Origin: a virus
Reading direction: 5' to 3' (one strand)
Length of the DNA: 64,000 nt
Virus record (IMG/VR): IMGVR_UViG_3300025668_000798
Location: 16,364 to 80,363 of that record
Part shown: positions 59,714 through 64,000 of the stretch, in pieces
Position numbering within the stretch: position 1 is the first letter of the stretch
How the letters are laid out: each line of letters opens with the position of its first letter
Program-made: the position numbers and the translations under genes
Notes under the pieces: model-generated
Seen by the model: only the letters and a program-made list of their open reading frames with translations
Databases searched by the model: none
Told to the model about the DNA's origin: nothing

Positions 59714-60673
59714 ATGACTGAACGCAACAAGTTTGAAGAGATGCTTGAGCGCCTAGTAAACGAAGACCGTACTGGTGCAGAAGAACTTTTCCATGAAATC
59801 GTGGTAGAAAAATCACGTGACATTTACGAAACACTACTATCTGAAGATGAAGTTGAAGTTGAAGAAACAACTGATGAAGAAGTAGATGAAGCAACTGACG
59901 AAGATCTAGATGAATCAGATGATGAAGACCTAGACGAAGCAACTGATGAAGAATTAGACGAAGCTGACGAAGAAGTAGAAGAAAGCTTCTTTGATGAGCC
60001 ACAAGTTGAAGGCGATCCAGCTGACGACATGGCAGCAGCAATTGAAATGCCTGGAATGGACGACGAAGCCGGCGATATGGACATGGAACCAGATATGGGC
60101 ATGGACGACGAAGACGAAGGTGATGTAGAAGATCGTTTAACTGACATCGAAGATATGCTTGACGAATTAAAAGCAGAATTTGATCAAATGATGGGCGACG
60201 AAGCACCAGCTGATGATGATGACATGGGCGACGAAATGCCAATGGATATGGATTCAGAAGAAGGTGACGACGACGAAGCTGAAGAAGAAGCGTATGCTTT
60301 TGAAGCAGACGAAGAAGTAGAAGAAGCAACTGATGAAGAAGTTGACGAATCTGCTAAGTCAGCAGGCGAAATCATGCGTGAGTACACAGACAAAGTAACA
60401 GCGTCAATGGGTGATGCAGGTACAGATGGTACAAAATCAGCAGTAGCAAAACCAAACAATATGGGCGGAACAAGTGCTAATATTGCAAAAGGTTCAGCTG
60501 ATGAAACAGGCAGCAAAGCAGCAGCACCAAAAACTGACGATCACGGTAACGTGAACAAACCAGGTGGTAAAGCTTCAAAGTCAATGACAGCAGCAAAAAA
60601 ACCAGCAATGGCAGGCAGCGACGATAAAGCAGCCGGCTCAATGCTAAATGGTGCTCCAAAAAGAGCAAAGTAA
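59714..60673 (+). CDS. Highly acidic prohead core-like protein
   Basis: D/E-rich with EATDEE(L/V)D repeats and a basic, flexible C-terminus. Lies just upstream of the protease. Confidence 0.7.
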   Translation: MTERNKFEEMLERLVNEDRTGAEELFHEIVVEKSRDIYETLLSEDEVEVEETTDEEVDEATDEDLDESDDEDLDEATDEELDEADEEVEESFFDEPQVEGDPADDMAAAIEMPGMDDEAGDMDMEPDMGMDDEDEGDVEDRLTDIEDMLDELKAEFDQMMGDEAPADDDDMGDEMPMDMDSEEGDDDEAEEEAYAFEADEEVEEATDEEVDESAKSAGEIMREYTDKVTASMGDAGTDGTKSAVAKPNNMGGTSANIAKGSADETGSKAAAPKTDDHGNVNKPGGKASKSMTAAKKPAMAGSDDKAAGSMLNGAPKRAK

Positions 60674-60687
60674 TTAAGGACTGATTG

Positions 60688-61311
60688 ATGAATTTAATTC
60701 AAGAACATCTGAGTTTCGACCAAGCTAAAATTGTTGTTGAGTCTGCTAATGAAGGCAAAGATCTTTTTATGAAAGGTATTTGTATTCAAGGCGGAGTACG
60801 CAACGCAAATCAGCGTGTTTATCCCGTTAACGAGATTGGCAGGGCTGTCACCACACTCAACGAACAAATAAGTGGTGGCTATTCAGTGTTGGGAGAAGTA
60901 GATCATCCAGAAGGACTTAACATTAACTTGGACCGTGTAAGCCATATGATCTCAGAAATGTGGATGGATGGACCAAACGGTTATGGCAAGTTAAAAATCT
61001 TGCCGACTCCAATGGGACAATTAGTAAAAACAATGCTTGAAAGCGGCGTTAAGCTAGGTGTTTCGTCTCGTGGGTCAGGCAATGTAAAAGAAGATGGATC
61101 AGGAGAAGTAACTGATTTTGAAATAATCACCGTGGACGTAGTGGCTCAGCCCAGCGCCCCCGGTGCTTATCCTACACCAATTTATGAGCATCTTATGAAC
61201 ACCCAGGGTGGTTTAAAGGCGTTCCATACAGCTAGGGAAGTACAAGGCGACAAAAAGGCACAAAAATATATTAAAGAGAGTCTATTAAACATAATAGACA
61301 AACTCCAGTGA
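60688..61311 (+). CDS. gp21: Prohead protease gp21
   Basis: RNANQRVYP, LGEVDHP, LGVSSRGSG and DVVAQPSAPGAY. Confidence 0.95.
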   Translation: MNLIQEHLSFDQAKIVVESANEGKDLFMKGICIQGGVRNANQRVYPVNEIGRAVTTLNEQISGGYSVLGEVDHPEGLNINLDRVSHMISEMWMDGPNGYGKLKILPTPMGQLVKTMLESGVKLGVSSRGSGNVKEDGSGEVTDFEIITVDVVAQPSAPGAYPTPIYEHLMNTQGGLKAFHTAREVQGDKKAQKYIKESLLNIIDKLQ

Positions 61312-61325
61312 CCAAGGAGAAACAA

Positions 61326-62426
61326 ATGAATGATGCACTGAAATCACTCTTTGAAAACACTGCTATTTCAGAAGAAGTTCGTACAGAACTTGAAGAGGCA
61401 TGGAACGCTAAGGTGAAAGAAAATCGCCTTGCTGTTACTGCTGAACTACGTGAAGAGTTTGCAGGCAAATATGAGCATGACAAACAAACTATGGTTGAAG
61501 CAATTGATTCGTTAGTAACTGAAAAACTAGCTGAAGAAATTGCAGAATTCCAAGACGATCGTAGACAGCTTGCAGAAGCAAAAGCTAAATTTGCTGTTGC
61601 ACAACGTGAAAACGCAAACCTACTAAAGGATTTTGTGTTAGAATCGTTGAAAAAAGAAGTAACAGAATTACACTCAGATCAAAAAGCAATGGCTGACAAG
61701 TTTGTTGCAATGGAAGAGTTTGTAGTAGAGTCACTTGCTAAAGAACTTGCAGAGTTTTATGAAGATAAAAAGGACCTAGCCGAAACTAAAGTACGTTTAG
61801 TACGTGAAGGTAAAAGTCAACTTGAAAAAGTTAAGTCTAACTTTATCAAGAAAAGTGCAGCATTAGTATCGGAAACAGTAGGTAAAGGATTGAAACAAGA
61901 AATTACCGCACTTAAAGAAGATATTGATAGCGCACGTAAAAATGACTTTGGTCGCAAAATATTCGAAGCATTTAGCAACGAATATACACATAGCTTACTA
62001 AATGAAAAGTCTGAAACAGCAAAACTATTAAAAGTAGTTAGCACTAAAGACAAGCAAATTAGAGAAGCTCGTGAAGCTGCGGCAAAGGCAATAAGACTTG
62101 CAGAAGCGCAAGACACAAAGATTAAACAAATCAATGAGTCAGTCGCTCGCAAAGACACAATTAATGAACTGACTGCTCCTCTAAACAAGGATCAAAAGGA
62201 AATTATGACAGACTTACTGGAATCTGTACAAACGAAGAAACTTCGTGAATCGTTTGACAAGTATCTATCGGCAGTTATTGACGGTAAAAGTCCAGCAAAG
62301 AAGAAGGCAGTATTGGCAGAGGCAAAAGAAATAACAGGCAACCGTGAGCAATCACAACCAAATGACATACAAGCAAGCGCAGAAGATAGTAACGTAATTG
62401 CTATTAAGCGTTTAGCTGGATTATAA
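61326..62426 (+). CDS. gp22: Prohead core scaffold protein gp22-like
   Basis: Coiled-coil protein between the protease and capsid genes, containing GRKIFEAF. ATG 61326 follows AGGAGA. Confidence 0.8.
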   Translation: MNDALKSLFENTAISEEVRTELEEAWNAKVKENRLAVTAELREEFAGKYEHDKQTMVEAIDSLVTEKLAEEIAEFQDDRRQLAEAKAKFAVAQRENANLLKDFVLESLKKEVTELHSDQKAMADKFVAMEEFVVESLAKELAEFYEDKKDLAETKVRLVREGKSQLEKVKSNFIKKSAALVSETVGKGLKQEITALKEDIDSARKNDFGRKIFEAFSNEYTHSLLNEKSETAKLLKVVSTKDKQIREAREAAAKAIRLAEAQDTKIKQINESVARKDTINELTAPLNKDQKEIMTDLLESVQTKKLRESFDKYLSAVIDGKSPAKKKAVLAEAKEITGNREQSQPNDIQASAEDSNVIAIKRLAGL

Positions 62427-62439
62427 TAAGGAGAAACCA

Positions 62440-63612
62440 ATGTCAGAACTATTAGAAAGTCGCTGGCACGATACAAAAAGCGCACTTCTTGAAGGCCTAG
62501 CAGGCACAAAGAAAGCAGTAATGGCTTCCACACTAGAAAATACTCGTAGGTATTTAATGGAGACTGCAACTGCTGGTGCTACATCTGCCGGTAACATCGC
62601 AACACTAAATCGTGTGATTCTTCCAGTAATCAGACGTGTTATGCCAACAGTCATCGCTAACGAGATTGTGGGTGTACAACCAATGACTGGTCCAGTGGGT
62701 CAAATCCACACATTAAGAGTACGTTACTCAGACACAGCTGATGACGCAACAGCAGGTGAAGAAGCATTAAGCCCATTCAAACTAGCTATTGGTTATTCAG
62801 GTGATGAAGCTGGTTCCGATGCTGGTAAAGCTAACGCTACAGCAGCAATGGAAGGTAGTGCCGGTAACAAACTAAGCATCCAGATCCTAAAACAAACTGT
62901 TGAAGCGAAAACTCGTAAGTTGAGTGCTCGTTGGACGTTTGAAGCGGCTCAGGACGCTCAGTCACAGCATGGTATCGATGTTGAAGCAGAAATTATGGCT
63001 GCTCTAGCACAAGAAATTACTGCTGAAATTGACCAAGAGATCATTGCATCTCTATACAGCCTAGCAGGTTCAGCTGAATCAGACGTACAGTTTGATCAAA
63101 ACAGCGTATCTGGTACAGCTACATTTGTTGGTGACGAACATGCTGCTCTAGCAGTTATGATTAACCGTGCATCTAACAAAATTGCACAGCGCACACGCCG
63201 TGGTGCAGGTAACTGGGCAGTTGTGTCACCACACACACTAACAGTCCTACAGTCTGCAACAACTTCAGCGTTTGCACGTACTACAGAAGGCACATTCGAA
63301 GCACCAACTAACACTAAAATGGTTGGTACATTAAACAACGCAATGAAAGTATATGTAAACACATATGCATCAGACGCTCAAGATGTACTAATTGGTTATA
63401 AAGGTTCTTCTGAATCAGACGCAGCAGCGTTCTATTGCCCATATATCCCACTAATGTCAAGTGGTGTTGTACTAGATCCAACATCATTTGAGCCAGTAGT
63501 GAGCTTCATGACACGTTACGGTTATGTTGAGCTAAACAACACAGCATCGTCTTTAGGCAATGCTGCTGATTACCTAGCTCGTGTAAGCGTTGCAAACGTA
63601 TCATTCAGCTAA
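62440..63612 (+). CDS. gp23: Major capsid protein gp23-like
   Basis: IVGVQPMTGPVGQI..LR, VEAKTRKLSARWTFEAAQD....HG.D.EAE, FYCPYIPL and FMTRYG. Confidence 0.97.
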   Translation: MSELLESRWHDTKSALLEGLAGTKKAVMASTLENTRRYLMETATAGATSAGNIATLNRVILPVIRRVMPTVIANEIVGVQPMTGPVGQIHTLRVRYSDTADDATAGEEALSPFKLAIGYSGDEAGSDAGKANATAAMEGSAGNKLSIQILKQTVEAKTRKLSARWTFEAAQDAQSQHGIDVEAEIMAALAQEITAEIDQEIIASLYSLAGSAESDVQFDQNSVSGTATFVGDEHAALAVMINRASNKIAQRTRRGAGNWAVVSPHTLTVLQSATTSAFARTTEGTFEAPTNTKMVGTLNNAMKVYVNTYASDAQDVLIGYKGSSESDAAAFYCPYIPLMSSGVVLDPTSFEPVVSFMTRYGYVELNNTASSLGNAADYLARVSVANVSFS

Positions 63613-63631
63613 GGCTAATATAAAAGTTAAT

Positions 63632-63660
63632 AAAATAGGCCCTACGGGGCCTATTTTTAT
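63632..63660 (+). terminator. Rho-independent terminator
   Basis: AAAATAGGCCC-TACG-GGGCCTATTTTT after the capsid stop, with a cUACGg loop. Confidence 0.9.
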
Positions 63661-63686
63661 GATAAGTACATTGTATTGGAGTGATT

Positions 63687-63887
63687 ATGGAACACACAGG
63701 AACAGTTATAAAAAGCAGCAAAAGAAAAAAATACGGCACTATTCTGCCTGATCAATGGAAATCATTAAGACAAGATGTTTACTACGAAACTGTAAATTAT
63801 GAATTTTCAGATGGAGACAAAGTTGTGTATACGTACCTAGAAAAAAAAGGTAGAAGATATGCCGAAAGTGTTGAAAAAATAGGTTGA
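63687..63887 (+). CDS. Degenerate cold-shock-domain (OB-fold) protein
   Basis: HTGTVIKS..RKKYGTILPD...DVYY...FSDGDKVVY....KGRRYAESV aligns with the CspA pattern TGTVKWF..KGFGFI.PD..DVFVH..EGQKV.F..G..A.NV. Confidence 0.6.
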   Translation: MEHTGTVIKSSKRKKYGTILPDQWKSLRQDVYYETVNYEFSDGDKVVYTYLEKKGRRYAESVEKIG

Positions 63888-63916
63888 CTTCTCCTACAGA
63901 TATGTTATATTAAGTA
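63884..63916 (+). promoter_or_regulatory. Sigma70-like promoter (TTGACT-16-TATATT, extended TG) overlapped by a TAAGTA late box
   Basis: TTGACT at 63884-63889, TATATT at 63906-63911 and TAAGTA at 63911-63916. Confidence 0.55.
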
Positions 63917-64000
63917 CATAAGCTAAACGACGGTTTAGATTAGATAGTGCAAGGAACGGTGTTGCGTAGTGACACAACTTGGCTAGTAGCTGTAGTGGCA

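Noticed and set aside
59840-60350. GAAGCAACTGATGAAGAA-type repeats
   Set aside because: They are explained by EATDEE peptide repeats in the acidic core protein.
59637-60668. Long antisense ORFs over the acidic core gene, and similar shadow ORFs over fibre, gp46 and capsid genes
   Set aside because: They are low-complexity mirror translations caused by codon bias on the real strand, and they lack RBS or promoter support.
1-64000. Stop-codon reassignment, as seen in some jumbo phages
   Set aside because: Core genes are full length in the standard code, and TAA, TAG and TGA all end genes at sensible positions.

Overview
This AT-rich, densely coding window comes from a large T4-superfamily-like (probably jumbo) myovirus that uses the standard genetic code. 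I found no tRNA, CRISPR array or integrase. Layout from left to right: (1) 1-16.5 kb is a tailoring-enzyme island with four radical SAM enzymes (one B12-binding type), four glycosyltransferase-like proteins, a methyltransferase-like protein, two 2OG-Fe(II) oxygenases and a GNAT. Fibre-like structural genes are interleaved with it. (2) 14.4-47.6 kb is a minus-strand tail-fibre/baseplate block, including a 4528-aa wedge protein and gp6-, gp25-, gp5-, gp27- and gp53-like genes. (3) Next come late sigma gp55, gp47/gp46, a GIY-YIG nuclease and a 470-nt ORF-free, highly structured segment. (4) A gp26/gp51-like pair lies divergent from a tape-measure-like gene, followed by portal, prohead core, protease, scaffold and major capsid genes. 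The most notable observations are a candidate ~300-nt multi-pseudoknot ncRNA behind the GIY-YIG gene, an in-phase -1 slippery site that would fuse gp26 to the gp51-like ORF, a putative virion glycosylation/tailoring system, a TauD-like enzyme with HxN in place of HxD, and repeated leaderless promoter-ATG geometry. All protein calls come from motif recognition by eye. No database searches or folding programs were run.
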